A stretch of DNA of 64,000 bases from contig NC_045696.1 in the NCBI RefSeq assembly GCF_009834535.1, positions 108,998,001 through 109,062,000 on the forward strand, given 5' to 3'. Below are positions 12,668 through 26,066 of the stretch, piece after piece (the first letter of the stretch is position 1; each line of letters opens with the position of its first letter). The position numbers and the translations under genes were made by a program. Under the pieces are notes generated by a model, which worked only from the letters and a program-made list of their open reading frames with translations, was not told the DNA's origin and did no database searches. The DNA is from Camelus ferus. Taxonomy: Eukaryota.

Positions 12668-15578
12668 GGGACAATTTAAAATAGAGTGGTTGAGAAAGGC
12701 CTCCTTGAGGAGGTGACATTTGAGTAACGGAGGTGGTGAAGGAGCAGGTCATGCGGCATCTGGGGAAAAGCGTCCAGCAGAGGGACACCAGGTGGGGTAA
12801 ACTTTATGCAACAGGTGATAAAAAGATCACTGGCATCTTGGATCTTCATGCCGGAGGAGAGCTTCAGAAGTTTAACCTGTAATGGGTGTATGCACAGAAC
12901 GAGAGGAGCCCCGGTGACTTCAGGCCCCAAACGTTATTCTGGAGGAGTCAGATTTCTGCTGGGGCCTGCATGCCTTCAGGTCATCCTCCCTTATCCCCGA
13001 GCGGACACTCTGTGCCTCCTTTGATCATGTGTGTGCTCAGGGCAAGCTATCATGTTTCCAGACCTGGGACATCCCGGTCGAGCTCCATTCTGCAGAAGGA
13101 ATCGTGAGTGGCCCTGGGTTTTCAAGAGCCCAGTGAAAGCCGGGGTCAGTCAGGGCTTCAGGAGGCACGCCCCAGCGGTCCCGGTCCTGGGCTCGGCCAC
13201 ACTTGCTGTCATCCCATCAGCTAGGTGCTGAATGGAGCTTCCACATGGCGTCTGGCAGTACCCGTTGGGGGGCCTGCAAAGCTGGACTGTCCCCTGTCAT
13301 CATCCAGCTTGCTGTTCCTGGGACATCAGAGCTCACACTCCCTGCACTAGAACTGCCCACCGCACTCCGGGCAGAAACCACAACACGGAGAAACCTCTGT
13401 TGAATACGTAGCCAGGGGCTGTTTCAGGGTTGTTTTTTCAGAAGTTACAAATGCTTTAGCTGAGGTTTTCTGACTCTCAGCTCCTGCAGGAAAATGTTCC
13501 AGAGCCAGAGAATCCAAATTGTAAGTGTGGCAGCTGGTTACGGAGAGAGTTAAGGAACCCCTTAAGTCAATGATGACAAATATCTGATGTGAATCCTGCA
13601 GCACCCCACCATGTATACACCCACACGTGTATGCACACTCACTCACATTCATACACACACACGCACACACACAACCTGACTGTCTTTGCTAATTGATAAG
13701 CGCTCCAGGCAGCCACTTCCAATCAGTCAGAGTTAATGAACAAAATGAAATCTGTTTGCCATCTTTGCATTAGGAATTCTGAGTAAATTAGGCCTTTAAA
13801 CAGAGCCTGCTTCGAACCCACAGAGACCTGGAGAAGCTGTTGGGTGGGAGAACTCTCCTGACTGGGTAGCAGGCAGGCCCAGGGCAGCGCACCAGACGTG
13901 CCTGGGCATGTCCACAGCATCTTCACATCCTCGAGGGTAGGGAGTAGGAAGCAGAGCCCGCAGCATCTGGGAAAGGGGCCTGGAACCACTTCTTAGGTGC
14001 AGCGGAAAATAATTGCTAACACACTTGTACTGAGACAGCCAAAGCTACAGCTTCAGAAAATGTTTGGGTGACAACTTGTAGAACAAGTTGAGGGAGCCAG
14101 CCGGGTGACCCGAAATCCCAAGAGGGACCTCCTTTGGGTTTGGTCCTGACTTGGATGAGTGTAATGGTATCTGATTGTATTTAAAGTTTAGATCTTACTT
14201 TAAATTTTGCTCCAAATGACGCTTCACTCTATCACTGGAGACGGGGCAAATTGATTTTTTCCCTTAAATTAAGAGTTTTATTTGATACAGGAATGTCACA
14301 GTCAGCAAAGTCTTACCACTCCACACCTTTAGGAAGCACAGGGCTGTACCGTGAACCAGGCCCAGGCCCATCCGGGAGCAGAGAAGCCTCCCGGAAGTGC
14401 TCTTACACACTTGTGAGTGCGAGTACAAGTCACAGCCGCACACCCATCAGAGAGGCGGGGAGCTTCGTGGTCCTCGGGGGGGGGGGTGATGAGCAGTAGC
14501 AGCAGTTTGGGACGGAGCCGGGGGTGGGCCTCAGGGGGACGTTGGATGTCAGCCCCTGTCCCTGTGAGGGGAGGAGAGAGAAGGGTGAGAACTGATGGTG
14601 AGTGGAGCTTCCAGCCGATCTGCGTTCCACGTGTGAGGCTACCTCAGTGCCTGCCTCGGAGGGGCTGAAAGAGTATTTTGGTTTTTGGCTCACTCTTTCT
14701 TTAACAAAGAGACAGACCTGAATTGGGAGCGGTAGGAAGTCCTTGGCCATTAGGAGACGTTCGCAGAAGAGGTTTGTGGTTGAGCCCTAAACCAACAGGC
14801 GGTTGGTTTAGTTTCACAGCTTCTCTCCACTTCTGGACGTTGTTCCAGCCCAGTGTCTCCCAGATTCTGTTTGACAAAATGGCCCTGGGTTAAGCCGACT
14901 TCTTTGCTGCAGGACTTCTGAGAGCACTGTGCATTGCGACCTACAAAAGAGAAGGAAGTGGGCGTGTTTCTCAAACCCTTTTTTCACAAGGCATCTAGCA
15001 CCCAAATACAGCTTGGCACCCACTTCGAAAAATGCCCCAGAGTGTTTCAGGTGGGGAAGGTGGAAAGGCAGGGGCGCGCAGACCCACGCCTAGGGCATCA
15101 CAGGGAAGGCGCAGGCAGCATTTGTGCCGATGGCCAGGGCGCCTGATCCTACGACCAGAGCTAAATGATGCTTTTAACGCTGAAATGCTTAAGATCTTCA
15201 TTATCAAGTCACGGGCTGATTTTCTTTGATAGTGAATATGCTAGAAACTGCACTAAAGTGAATGTTAACCCCTTCAGAGTAATCCCTTTGGAGGCCACAT
15301 TGTATTTTCTGAACTTGTTTGAGAATGCCATTCTCTTTGGCATGCAGAGCAAGTTTATGAGAAAGTACTGTTATTCTGTGAAAGCACTGTGAGCAGGCAA
15401 AGGGTTAATAAGGAAAATCAATAAGGAAAGCAATAATGCATCAATAGGGAAATAGGCGATTCACAAACTAAGCGTTAAAAATGGCACATAGATGTGTGAA
15501 AAATAGTGCACTGAAAATTAAAGACATACACAAGAACAATGCGACGTCATTATTCCTTGATAAAAACTTGAAGGATTA

Positions 15579-15693
15579 GTGGGGAGGGTATAGTCTAGAG
15601 CATGCACGAAGTCCTGGGTTCAATCCCCAGTACCTCCATTAAAATAAATAAATAAAACCCTAATTACCTCCCCACCAAAAAATAATTTAAAAA
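15579..15693 (+). mobile_element. Camelid tRNA-derived SINE (Vic-1-like), internally deleted
   Basis: ggggagggtatag...gtcctgggttcaatccccagtacctcc (B box) and A-rich tail with cctaattacctcccc. 17-bp TSD aaaaacttRaaggatta at 15562-15578 and 15694-15710. Confidence 0.88.
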
Positions 15694-15732
15694 AAAAACT
15701 TAAAGGATTAACAAAAATCAAATGTCAGTGAT

Positions 15733-16215
15733 TGTATTAGGGATCTATTTTTACATTACAAACCACCCCAAAGCTCAGTGGCTTAAGACAATCGGCATTT
15801 ACCAGCTCACGAAGCCTGCAGGTTGGCTGGGCGTTCTTGCCTGAGCCCCACCTGGCTGATCACGGGTCTTGGCTGGGCTCGCTCATGTGTGGTGATCAGT
15901 TGGAGGGTTGGCTGGAGACCAGCTGGTCTAGGGTGGCCTCACCTGAGACGGCTTTGCTCCACTCCATGTGGCCTCTCACCCTCCAGGGGGCTAGCCTGGA
16001 CGCAGTCACATGGTGGTTGTGGCTGGAATCCCAAGAATGAAAGTGGAAACTGCAAAGTCTCTAGGCCAAGGCTCCGAGCTTGCAAAGAGTCACTTTTGCC
16101 ATCTGCTAACTGGCCAAACCACATCCTAAGTCCCACCCAAATTCAAGGGAAGGAATAAAAGACCTCTTTGGGGGAGGAACTACAAAGAACTGTGGCCAAC
16201 TTTTTAATCTAGCAC
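15733..16215 (-). mobile_element. Old MaLR LTR (MLT1-family)
   Basis: tgtattag...acaaaccaccccaaagctcagtggcttaagaca...catgtggcctctc...aaattcaagggga. Confidence 0.65.
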
Positions 16216-16699
16216 AGCAAGAACAAGCAAAATCGGCATTCTCTTGCACTGTTGAGAGGATCATAAACTGTTAAGATAATTCATGAGAAAAGTTGGCCAA
16301 TGTCTAGCAAAAAATCTTAAAAATCTTCATGCTCAGTGATCCATGTTTAAGAATTTATTTGAAGGAACGGATCTGAAAAGTGTGTAAAGCGATGTGTATC
16401 AGAATGTTTATCACACCATTGTTTATAACAGCAAAACATTTGGGAAAAGTTAAATATCCAACAACAGGAGATTGCTTATAATGATTATGAAACCATCTAT
16501 AGCTTAGAGTACTATGCAGCCATTCAAAATGATGGCACACGACCACTCACTGACATATAAAGACTTAAGCAAAGAAAGCAGGTTGCAAAAGGCATGATTG
16601 TTACAACCCTGCTTTGCATTGCCACCTTCTGTTTTACACCTTTCTGTATCATCCACGTTTTCGTGTTGTCTTAATCCTGCCTTGACTTTTCTGTTTGGT

Positions 16700-19600
16700 T
16701 GGTATTTTTAAATTTTTGTTTTAATTTAAATTAGCATACAGTAAAATGAAATTTGCTCGTGTGTGGTTCAGTGAGTTTTAACACAGGCACAGATTCATGT
16801 CACCACCACCACAATCAGAATACAGAGCAGTTCTGTCCCCCCCACTCAATATTCTCCTGTGCAGGTACTTTATAGTCATCTCCTCCCATTGCTTCTAAGA
16901 GTACTGTTGAGAAGTACCCCTGATATGGATGTACTGCAAGGTATTTATTCATTCACCCACTGAAGGTCATTTAGCTATTTACAGTTTGTGGTGATTATGA
17001 ATGGAGCTTCTATAAACATTTGTGTGTATGTTTTTGTGTAAACATAAGTTTTTAGTTCTCTGGTATAAAAGCCCAGGAGTGTAGTCATTGAGTTATATGT
17101 TAAGTGCCTGTTTTGTTTTTTTTAATAAGAAACTGCCAAGCTATTTTCCAGAGTGACTGGACCATTTTATAATCCCACCAGCATATATGAGAGATCTAGT
17201 TTCTCCACAACCTTATCAGCCAAAATTATCATGATTTTTTTTTATTATTGCTCTTCTAATAGGTGTGATATCTCATTCTGCTTTCAGTTTGCATCTTCCT
17301 GATGGCTAATCATGCTGAACATCTGTAATCTCTTATTTGGCACCTGTAATCACTTGTTTGGTGATATATCTGTTCTTTTACCCATTTTTCAATTGGATTG
17401 TTTTTACAAAGACAAAATTTTTCTGTAAAAATTCCATCTGTGTGTGGGTTTATTTCTTAACTCTGTTACGCTCCATTAAGCTGTGTATCCCTTTGCCAAC
17501 ATCACACTGTTGTAATTACTGTAGCTTTATCATTGCATCAGTTGGAGGAGGCCAACTTTTTTTTTTTCAAAATTGGTTTGGTTATTCTAGTTGCTGTATC
17601 TTTCCATCTAAATTTTAGAATCATCTTGCCTATATCAACAATCTACAAAATTCCTCCAAGGAGTGTGATTGAAATCGCATTAAATCTATAGATGAATTTA
17701 GAGAGAATTGCCAATGATGATATTGAGTCTTTCATTTCATGAACATGGTATATCTCACTTATTTAAGTCTTCTTTAATTTGTTTGATCATATTATTTTTA
17801 GTTTTCAGCCTAAAGTTCTTGCACTTTTTTTTTTAGATTTATACTTAAGTATTTCATTTTTGGAGCTATGGGAAATAGTAATTTTTAAATTCAGTTTCTA
17901 ATCATTTATTGCCTGTATAAATATGATTAATTTTGGGGTGCTGACCTTGTATCCCATGGCCATACTAAACTTACCTTTTGGTACTAGGAACTTCTTTTGT
18001 AGATTACTTGGAATTTTTCTGTGTAGATAGACATATCGTCTGTGAATAGGAGAATTTTATTTTTTCCTTTCTGCTCTATATGACTTTTATTTCTTTCTCT
18101 TATCTTAATGCACTGGATAGGACTTTCAATATAATGTTTATTAGGAACAGAGAGAGTGGACATCCATCCCTTGTTTCTAATCCTAGGGGGAAAATATTCC
18201 TCTTTTCACCATTAAATATGCTACTTTTGCTAGGTTTTAGGTAGATGTTCTTTTTTGGATTTAGGAAATTTCCCTCTATTCCTAGTTTCTTGAGAGGTTT
18301 TGTTATGAAGGGATGTTAAATTTTGTCAAATATTTTTTCTCCATCAATTGATATGATCATGTGGTTTTTCCTCTTTAACCTGATGATATGGTGAATCACA
18401 TTCACTGATTTTCAGATATTGAACTGGCCTTGCATTGCCAAAATAAACTACACTTGGTTGTGACTTGATTCTTTTACTATATTGCTGAATTTTATTTTCT
18501 AATATTTTATTGAAGATTTTTATGTTTATGTTCATAAGAAATACTTTCTGTACTATTCTTTCCTTACACTGTCTTTGCCTTATTTTCATATCAGATTAAT
18601 GCTGGCCTCATAAAATGTTTATAAAGTATTCACTGCTCTTCTGTTTTCTGAAGGATCTTGTGAAAAATTGATATTGGTGTTATTTCTTTTTAAATTTTGT
18701 TAGAATTTGCCAGTGAAACCATCTGGACCTGGCTTTTGTTTGCATACTTGTTTGTTTGTTTGTTTTCAGAAGATTTTGAGCTACAAATTTAGTTTTAAAA
18801 ATAGATATAGGAATATTCAGGTTGACTACTCATTGGGTGAGTTTTAGTAGTTTGTAGCTTTCAAGGAATTGGTCTATTTCATTTAAGTTGCAAAATGTTT
18901 GTGCATAGAGTTGTTTATAGTATTCCTTTATTATTCTTTTAATATACATGGGGTCTGCAGTGAAAGCCTTCATTTCATCCCTGATATTGGTGTCTTGATT
19001 CCTGACTTGCATCTTACCTCTTTCTTATTTGGTAACTCTGATTAGAGGTTTATCAATTTTACTGATCTTTTCAAAAAACCAGCTCTCGGTTTCATTGATG
19101 ATTCTGTCATTATTTCTTTAAATATTTCTTCTGTACCACACTATTTCTCCTTTCTTTCTGAGATCTCAGTGACATGAATGTTAAATCTTTAGGTATTGTC
19201 CCACAGGTTCCTGAGGTTCTGTTCACTGTTTCTCTCTATTGTTCGTACTGAATAATTCTTATTGATCTGTCTTCAAGTTCACTGACTCTTTCCTTTGTCA
19301 TCAATATTTTGCTATTGAACTTATCCAGATAATTTTTAAACTACTATATTTTCAGTTCTAAATTTTTTGTTTGTTTGTTTCTTCTTCATATCCTCTCACT
19401 TTGACTGATACTTTATCTCTTTTCCTTTATTTCAAGACTGTTTGCCCTCACTTCTTAGAGCATGGTCATCATGGTGTTTTAAGTCTTTGGTAATTCCAAA
19501 ATCTGTGTCATCACGGCATTAGCATCTGTTGATTTTCTTTTCCTTTTTAAGTTGATACATTTTCCAAGGTCATTCCATACTGAGTAATTTGGAATTGTAG

Positions 19601-20460
19601 CCTTTGTAATGCTGTACAGATCTGCCCTGCACATGCACCACCCAGCAGTCAGTCTGGGCATTGGTCTTCCCCATAGTTTAATTCTCAAAGGCTGTGATAT
19701 GATGTTTAGGATGAGATCCAAGCATACACAACATGGTTGAGACCCATCCATGCAGAGGTGACCACAGGAGTTCATCCATAACTTTACGGAATTACTTTCT
19801 TGAGCTCCCTACCTCGTTACTACCCACTTCCCTGTCCTTCAGCCCAAAAGCTGGGATTTTAGTTTCCCCATTTGTCCAGGTATTTCTCACCACTGTGTCT
19901 GCATCTGGAGCCAAACAGTGGAGAATAGAAAGAGAAAAAAACCAATGAGTATTTTCCCCCACACTCTTGGGAATGGTAGCTTTGCTGGTTCCTTCCCTCA
20001 AAGACTTAGGTGCCTACAGGGCCAGCAGAATCACTGCTGCACTGCTACCAACAGAATTTCCCTAGGGGCTGAGTCTGGAGATAACAGAAAACGGAGGTGG
20101 GTGGAAATTTCCCCCACTCTCTCTGACTCTTAGAGTTTCCCTTTCTCATTGCATAGGCTGGAAGAAAGGGCTTCCCTTAGAGCACTCTTTCCCTGCATCC
20201 AACGTGCATTTCTAGGTTTGGAGCTGCCTTTGAGTCCAGTCTAGGTAATACTATAAGGGTAGGGGAATGGTCAGTTTTGCCAATTTAATGATGCTTTAAA
20301 TTCTAGTCTTCTTCCCCAATTTGCCTTCTATCATTTACTTTGCAGAGTCCTCAAATAGTTGGTCCATGCATTCTTTCCAATGCTTACAGCTACAGTCAGT
20401 GGGAGAGACAAGGCGGAATACGTTTACTCCATCTTGCCCAGATCTGGAAACTGCTTATTT
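16700..20460 (-). mobile_element. Large decayed LINE-1 (L1M-type) upstream of the first visible KY exon, antisense to KY
   Basis: ORF2-like peptides MNINIKIFNKILENKIQQYSKRI (18344..18589) and IKRIIKEYYKQLYA...EIDQFLESYKLLKL (18830..19012). L1 3' end near 16720; many stops. Confidence 0.85.
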
Positions 20461-20617
20461 CTTGGTTTTGGGGTTTTTTTTAAACAAAAATTACTTGGAT
20501 ATTCAAAAGAAAGCTCTAAAACCACTTGTGTTTTGTTGTTCAGGACATCTGTTATGAGACACTGCACCCTTTCCTGGCAGCATCTGGCAGAGAATATCAC
20601 CTCCTATTCCTTTGCAG

Positions 20618-20692
20618 GGACACAGCTGACTGTGGAGGTCCACCCTCGAGACGCCATGCCCCAGCTGCTCAAGAAGTTCTCCTTGGCTAAAC
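20618..20692 (+). CDS. KY: KY coding exon (human exon 4 equivalent), 75 bp, phase 1-1: (G)TQLTVEVHPRDAMPQLLKKFSLAK(R)
   Basis: Acceptor tttgcag ends at 20617 and donor gtacgt starts at 20693. The translation matches the recalled KY N-terminal region. Confidence 0.95.
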
Positions 20693-20969
20693 GTACGTAC
20701 GTACAGGGCTGCTTGTATGTGGAGGGCTGGCAGGGAGGATGGAGAGCAGCTGGAAGAGCCAGAGCCCAGCCTGGGCACCTTCTAGGGGACGGAGAGTGGT
20801 GACCTGGGTCTACACACTGGAATGAGGCAGAGACACAACAGCTTCATCCTGGGAGCTCTCTTCTCCATAGTCAGCAACCCCTGTCCTTAAAGTCTGTGCC
20901 ATTAGGCATGGGTAACACCAAGCATTTAGCTAAAGATGAATTTCATCACAAGAATGTCGTTGTTTTTAG

Positions 20970-21150
20970 ATACCATTTATTGACTGTGACACTGCTAAGC
21001 ACTGTACACTCAGTAACTTACTTCTTTGATATATACCAGAATTATCCCCACCTTTTAAATCAGCAAAGACTCAGAGAGGTGTTAGCTGCCTAAGTCACCC
21101 AACTATGAGGCGGGTCAGAACCCAGGTCCAAATGCAGCCTGTGCTCTTAA
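20970..21150 (-). mobile_element. MIR SINE
   Basis: catttattgactg...ctaagcactgtaca...attatccccac...gactcagagaggtt...gaacccaggtc. Confidence 0.7.
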
Positions 21151-21454
21151 CTACCGTACTTGGCAGCCTTCCGAGCCATGTGCACAGGCCTGGACCCAGG
21201 CCCACCACGTCTCCTCTGCCCTCTTCTCGGTCCTCTCCCTGCATCTGTCCAATCTGTGGCTAAACAGGGGTCTGGGGAAATGCTGGCCAAGGAATGGAGG
21301 CTGCAGAACAGCCAAGGCTCAGGTTCACTCCACATCCACTCGGTGGGCCAAGGCAGTTCCTCCGAGGCTGCCTGGGCCTGCAGCCCTTGGCTACCCAGGT
21401 CTCACGAGGGCAGGCAGGTGCGGAGAGGGCAGCCCCTGGGAGTTGAATGGCTGG

Positions 21455-21610
21455 ATTCACAGCTCAGCTGTGTGAGCTCAGGCAAGTGGCTTAACCTCTC
21501 TTTTGGACTCAGTTTCCTCATCTTTAGGAGGAGGATGATAATTCAGCGTCCCTCAGAGGCTCGTGTAGGTTACAGGAGCTAGGCAATATAAAGCATGAGC
21601 CAGGTGTGGT
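21455..21610 (+). mobile_element. MIR SINE
   Basis: agctgtgtgagctcaggcaagtggcttaacctctc...ctcagtttcctcatct. Confidence 0.75.
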
Positions 21611-22430
21611 AGGTACACAAGACTTGGGGGCTACTCTTCTGAACCCCCATCACTCTACCAAGGTATGTAGGTGGAAACAAAATGTGGGTGTAAGAAGGAA
21701 CAGGCCCACTGTTCTCAGAGTGGCCTATATACATTTGCAACCTTCCGTTGTTATATTTACAGCCTACAATGGCCTTCAAGGGCAAAGACAACCAGCCTTG
21801 GCACCCACTCCCCCTCCTCCACCAGATCCTCCTGCTTCCATCAGGGACCCACATCTTCCTGATCTGGTTTCAGATCAGCAGGAGATTCTTCTGTTTCTCA
21901 TGGAGTCTGATAACCGTTGGTGACCATTCTGCCTCAACAGTCCTGGGTTTATGGGATTTGGTTGTCTTTGAACCTTCCTGAGGAATAATTCCCGTCTCCC
22001 CACGTTCATGTCTGCCCGTGGACGGTTCTTGCCTGGGGGTCCCCCGTCAGGGAACTCACTGGTGCTCCCAGGATCCCCAACTGTGTTCAAGATGCTGGGA
22101 GCCTCCGGAGGAGGTTGAGAGCACAGGGGTCCGGGCAGGGCCACTGAATAATCACAAGCCTCAATGTCCCAGCAGATTCTCCCTCTGCTCACAGACTACA
22201 CTTCTCTTTCTCGCCACCCCTTCCCTGGCTCCTGGTCCTCCCTCTGCCTCACCAGGAAGTCCAGGGCAATCCCAGCAGCAATTCGGGGGTGGGAGATGGG
22301 AACAAGAAGGGGTGAGAAGGAGGGTGAAGAGGAGGGTTCAGAAGCAAGGACCACCACACAGGGAGCCATCTGTGCTTGCTTTTCTATTGCTTCTGAAGTG
22401 TCTCTACTTCTGGCCTTTGGGATATTGTAG

Positions 22431-22493
22431 GTTTACAAGGTGATAAAAATGGAAACACAAGACCCCGGCAGCCTGGAGGGAAAGACGCCCACG
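22431..22493 (+). CDS. KY: KY coding exon (exon 5 equivalent), 63 bp: (R)LQGDKNGNTRPRQPGGKDAH(A)
   Basis: ttgtag acceptor and gtaagc donor, phase 1-1 compatible with neighbours. The peptide matches KY. Confidence 0.95.
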
Positions 22494-25168
22494 GTAAGCT
22501 GCAGGGCCTTCTTGGGGCCATTCTTTGAGACAATAGATTGGTTTAACCCCTGGGGCCAATCTCCAGTCAATTGGAAATGGCTCCCTGGAGCACTGTGCTG
22601 GGAGCCTGGGGCCACCTCTGGGCTCAGGGGACCAGAGTGTCTGCATGCGCACAGGTGGAGAAGTAAAACAGCTTACACACCAGACGGGATCCCAGAGCTG
22701 GAGCATAAACCCCAGCAATAACAAGGCAGCCCATTATGGGAAACACTAAAAGCAGGACGCAGAATTGTGTTAACTTCAAATGGAATGCCAAGCCTCTGAA
22801 AGGCAGGAGACGTGTGAATAAGCAGAGCAGGGCAGAGAAAGACGCCCGGAATGGGTGATAGATGACCCGGGCTCCAGTCCTGCTTCTGGTCCTCACTCAC
22901 CTTCCCTGGATCCCAGTTTCCCCCTCAGTAGACCAGATGGCGTCTAAGGTTTAGTGCAGTTTGGTACATCTTCCCATTGTTTTGGTTTAAAATTAGAATA
23001 ATCTAGTTAATGCCACTGGTGTTTTAAATGTATTTATGCCAAATCATATTTGAATCTTATAGAATCTGTTCCAAAGGTAAATTTAATGAGGCATAAATCA
23101 TTACGGGTATTTTTAATGTTCAGATATTGTAAGATGGAACCCAAAAAGGGTAGAACTAATAATAGAGTTTTCAGTCCCATTTTAGAAATGCCATCCTTCT
23201 TGGAAATGGGGGCAGGGGAGGCCTCGTTTGCAGAGCTGAAGCTTGTTAAATGTGTAAGTCCACTTCATACCCACTTAAGTCCCCGTGACGGCCCTTGTCA
23301 GAGGGTGACAGGAGCCAGAGTCCCGAAAGGGGAGAGGACACTGAGAGGGGGAAGCTCAGCAGGGCTGCTCAGGTGTCCCCACTCCCTTCTGAGGGGCTGG
23401 CTGGGCCCAGGAGAGGCCCTGATGGTGATCTGAGTGATGGAGGCAAAAAAATCCCAGCTCCGGGAGCAGCCGAGTGAGCCCCGATGGTGCAGGGCTTTAA
23501 GGGCGCTCCGGTGTAAGACCGTGCGGGACGGAAGGGTGGGGGCAGGGGTCCAGGGACTGTTTTGGTCTTTGTGGAAGAGCAGAAAGTGAAGAAAGAAAAG
23601 GCTAGGTTGCTGGGTGAGGCCACAGCCTCACAGTGGGGTGTGCACCACCTGCCTGCCCACCACACGCTCTGCTCCCTCCTAGGAGAGGAACAGCCTCGGA
23701 TCCTGGACGTGTCCGAGGCTTCAGGTCAAAGGGACCAAGGCCCCTCCCTCACCCCTCCTCCTAAGAGGGACCCAGGGGACAGAGAGAGGTGGCCAAACCC
23801 AGTCTGAGGTCGAGAAGGAAGGAGGCCTGGGTCCTAAAGGAAGGGGCTTTTCAGCAGAGGGAAAATGCATGTGGCCTGCCTCTGAGGGCTGAACTTGGCT
23901 AGTGCCTGGGAGCCCCTCTGTGGCCTGACGGTGACCAGGTCCCTAACCAGCTGGCACTGTGTCACATCCAGTGCTGCCCAGAGGGGGTCGTGGAGCAGCT
24001 CCGGCTAGAGCTGGTGGTGACACCCCATCCTCACTCTCTCACCACATCTCTGGGGTCTATAGCACCGAGTAACGGGACTCTCACAGTCCTCGGGGGTATA
24101 TGGATGCATGTGGGCGCAGCCCCACACTGGGCACAGTGGCTTCATACCTCTGATCCTGCACTTGCCAGCAGAGGACCCCCCACCCTGCATCCCCCCGGGA
24201 ATCAGTGACACTGACTTTCCCACGTGACCCACCATCTCATTCACTCCCCTAGTCTCCCCACAGATACGTTCCTGAGGCCAAGAGGTTGGTGGAAGTTGGC
24301 CCGACTGAAACCCAGGCCTTGCACAGCCCCACCAGGCACACCCCCACGTTTCTGTGCTCTTCCCAGGCTTGCTGTCATATCCTGGGGCCCCACCTGCACC
24401 CCTCACGCACCCAGCACCCTGGAGGCTTCTGACATGCAGGCTGAGAGTTGGTCCACTTGAGTTAGGGGCTCAGGGTCCCTTTGGCCCCATCCTCTCCTCA
24501 CCCTCTCCCTGTCCTCCCACCCAGCTTGGCTGATTTAGGTCAGAGGGCCTTGAGTAAGGAAGACTCAGCCAGAGCCTGGGCTCTTTTCTGGGCTGGGACA
24601 GGGGTTTGCTGCCCATTCGTCCATCGATCGATGGGTCTGACCGCTGGTCGGTTAGCCGTGCAGCAGCTCCCTGGGGCTGTCCCGGGTCCAGGCTCCTTCT
24701 GAGAAAGGCTGGACATCCGTAAGTGATTCTGAGGCCCAGCCTCCCTCAGGGGCCTCCGCACAGTATCTTGGGCGACTGCCCTTGAGGTGCATGTGGTCAG
24801 TCTCCAGCTGACCGTGGGCGAGGGAGGAAGAGAACTCATTCCCGGAACAGCTGGCGGGGAAGCTGCAGGAAACTACGTGGTGGGGAGAAGGGGCTCCGTC
24901 ATCAGTCCGTCTGGGGCTGCTGAGCTCACTGAGGTGAAGCCAGTTTCTTCACTGCTGACTTCTGTTCCCAGTGAGGAGTCGCCTCGGTTCCCAAACCGGT
25001 CTGACCAAGGAACCCTTCTAGGAGATCTAGCTCCTGAGAGCAGGGTTTCAGTCTGGGAATCATTTTGAAGGCCAGACAGTCCCAGCTCCTCAGAGAGACA
25101 GGGAGGCCTGGGCTGGGCAGCCCTGTCAGCCGGTCTCGGCCGCTGACTGAGCCTCCCTGTGTTTCCAG

Positions 25169-25251
25169 CCTACCCCTGGGATAGGTCCAGCCTGAAATCC
25201 ATACCCCTGGATCTGCGGCAGTTTGAGAAACTGGACACCTATGCCTCACAG
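25169..25251 (+). CDS. KY: KY coding exon (exon 6 equivalent), 83 bp: (A)YPWDRSSLKSIPLDLRQFEKLDTYASQ
   Basis: tttccag acceptor and gtagga donor. The peptide is visible in ORF 25159..25350. Confidence 0.96.
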
Positions 25252-25444
25252 GTAGGAGAGCTGGGCCCTCGGCCTGTGGGCCGCCCCCCAGCCCCTCCGT
25301 CCAAGGTGGCTTGCAGTTCCCTGAGCCAGGGTGGCCACGCCCCTCCCTGAGCCCCTCCTGAATGTATCAAGAATCCCCTGGGTGGGTGACCCAGAGTGCC
25401 TTTCCACAGCACGTGGATGGGGGACAGAAGGCCAGGACCTGATG

Positions 25445-25676
25445 TCACTACCACACTATTTTGATTATTGTAGCTTTGAGTAAGTATGAAATCCGGATAT
25501 GTGTGTCCTCCAACATGGTTCATCTTTTTTCAAAGGTGTTTTGGCTATTCTGGGCCCCTTGAAATTCCATATCAATTTGAGGATTGGCTTTTCTGTTTTT
25601 GTAAAAGAAAAAAAAGGCTGTTGAAATTTTATAGGGATTGTGCTAAATCTGTAGATTGCTCTGGGGAGCATTGACC
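25445..25676 (-). mobile_element. LINE-1 ORF2 fragment in a KY intron
   Basis: Translates LPRAIYRFSTIPIK...PILKLIWNFKGPRIAKT, the typical L1 ORF2 segment. Confidence 0.85.
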
Positions 25677-25957
25677 ATGACTAGGAGCCTGCCGTAGTGC
25701 CCAGATGCCCACCTGGGTGGCCCCAGGACCTACACAGAAAAGATGTGGTGGCTCCAGGCCCAGTGGGTCAGCTGGTCAGCACTGCCCACCATGGCCAGTC
25801 CCCACCAAGGGCTGCTCTCAGCCCAGCCTTGGCCTCTCTGGGCCTCTCCTCTTTCTCCACCTGGAGGAAGAGAGGCCCTGGTTGCAGGTGGCAATGCACT
25901 GGGCTCCCCACAGCCCTCGTGCAGGCCCTGCCATAGCACATCCCTCCCACTCCCCAG

Positions 25958-26066
25958 GTGACGGTCAAGAGTGGCCTGGACGAGCTGGTGAGTGACCTGC
26001 TCCAGGAGGCCCACAGTGACCTGGAGAGGGTCCGCGCCATCTGGATCTGGATCTGCCACCACATAG
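25958..26066 (+). CDS. KY: KY coding exon (exon 7 equivalent), 109 bp: VTVKSGLDELVSDLLQEAHSDLERVRAIWIWICHHI(E)
   Basis: tccccag acceptor and gtaggc donor. The RAIWIWICHHI motif marks the start of the transglutaminase-like domain. Confidence 0.97.

Noticed and set aside
20575..20617. Intronic sequence reading WQHLAENITSYSFA in frame with the first visible KY exon, loosely resembling pieces of the missing exons 2-3 (WQKLEGN, ITSYNSQ)
   Set aside because: It is a short match overlapping the polypyrimidine tract and AG of a canonical acceptor, most likely coincidence.
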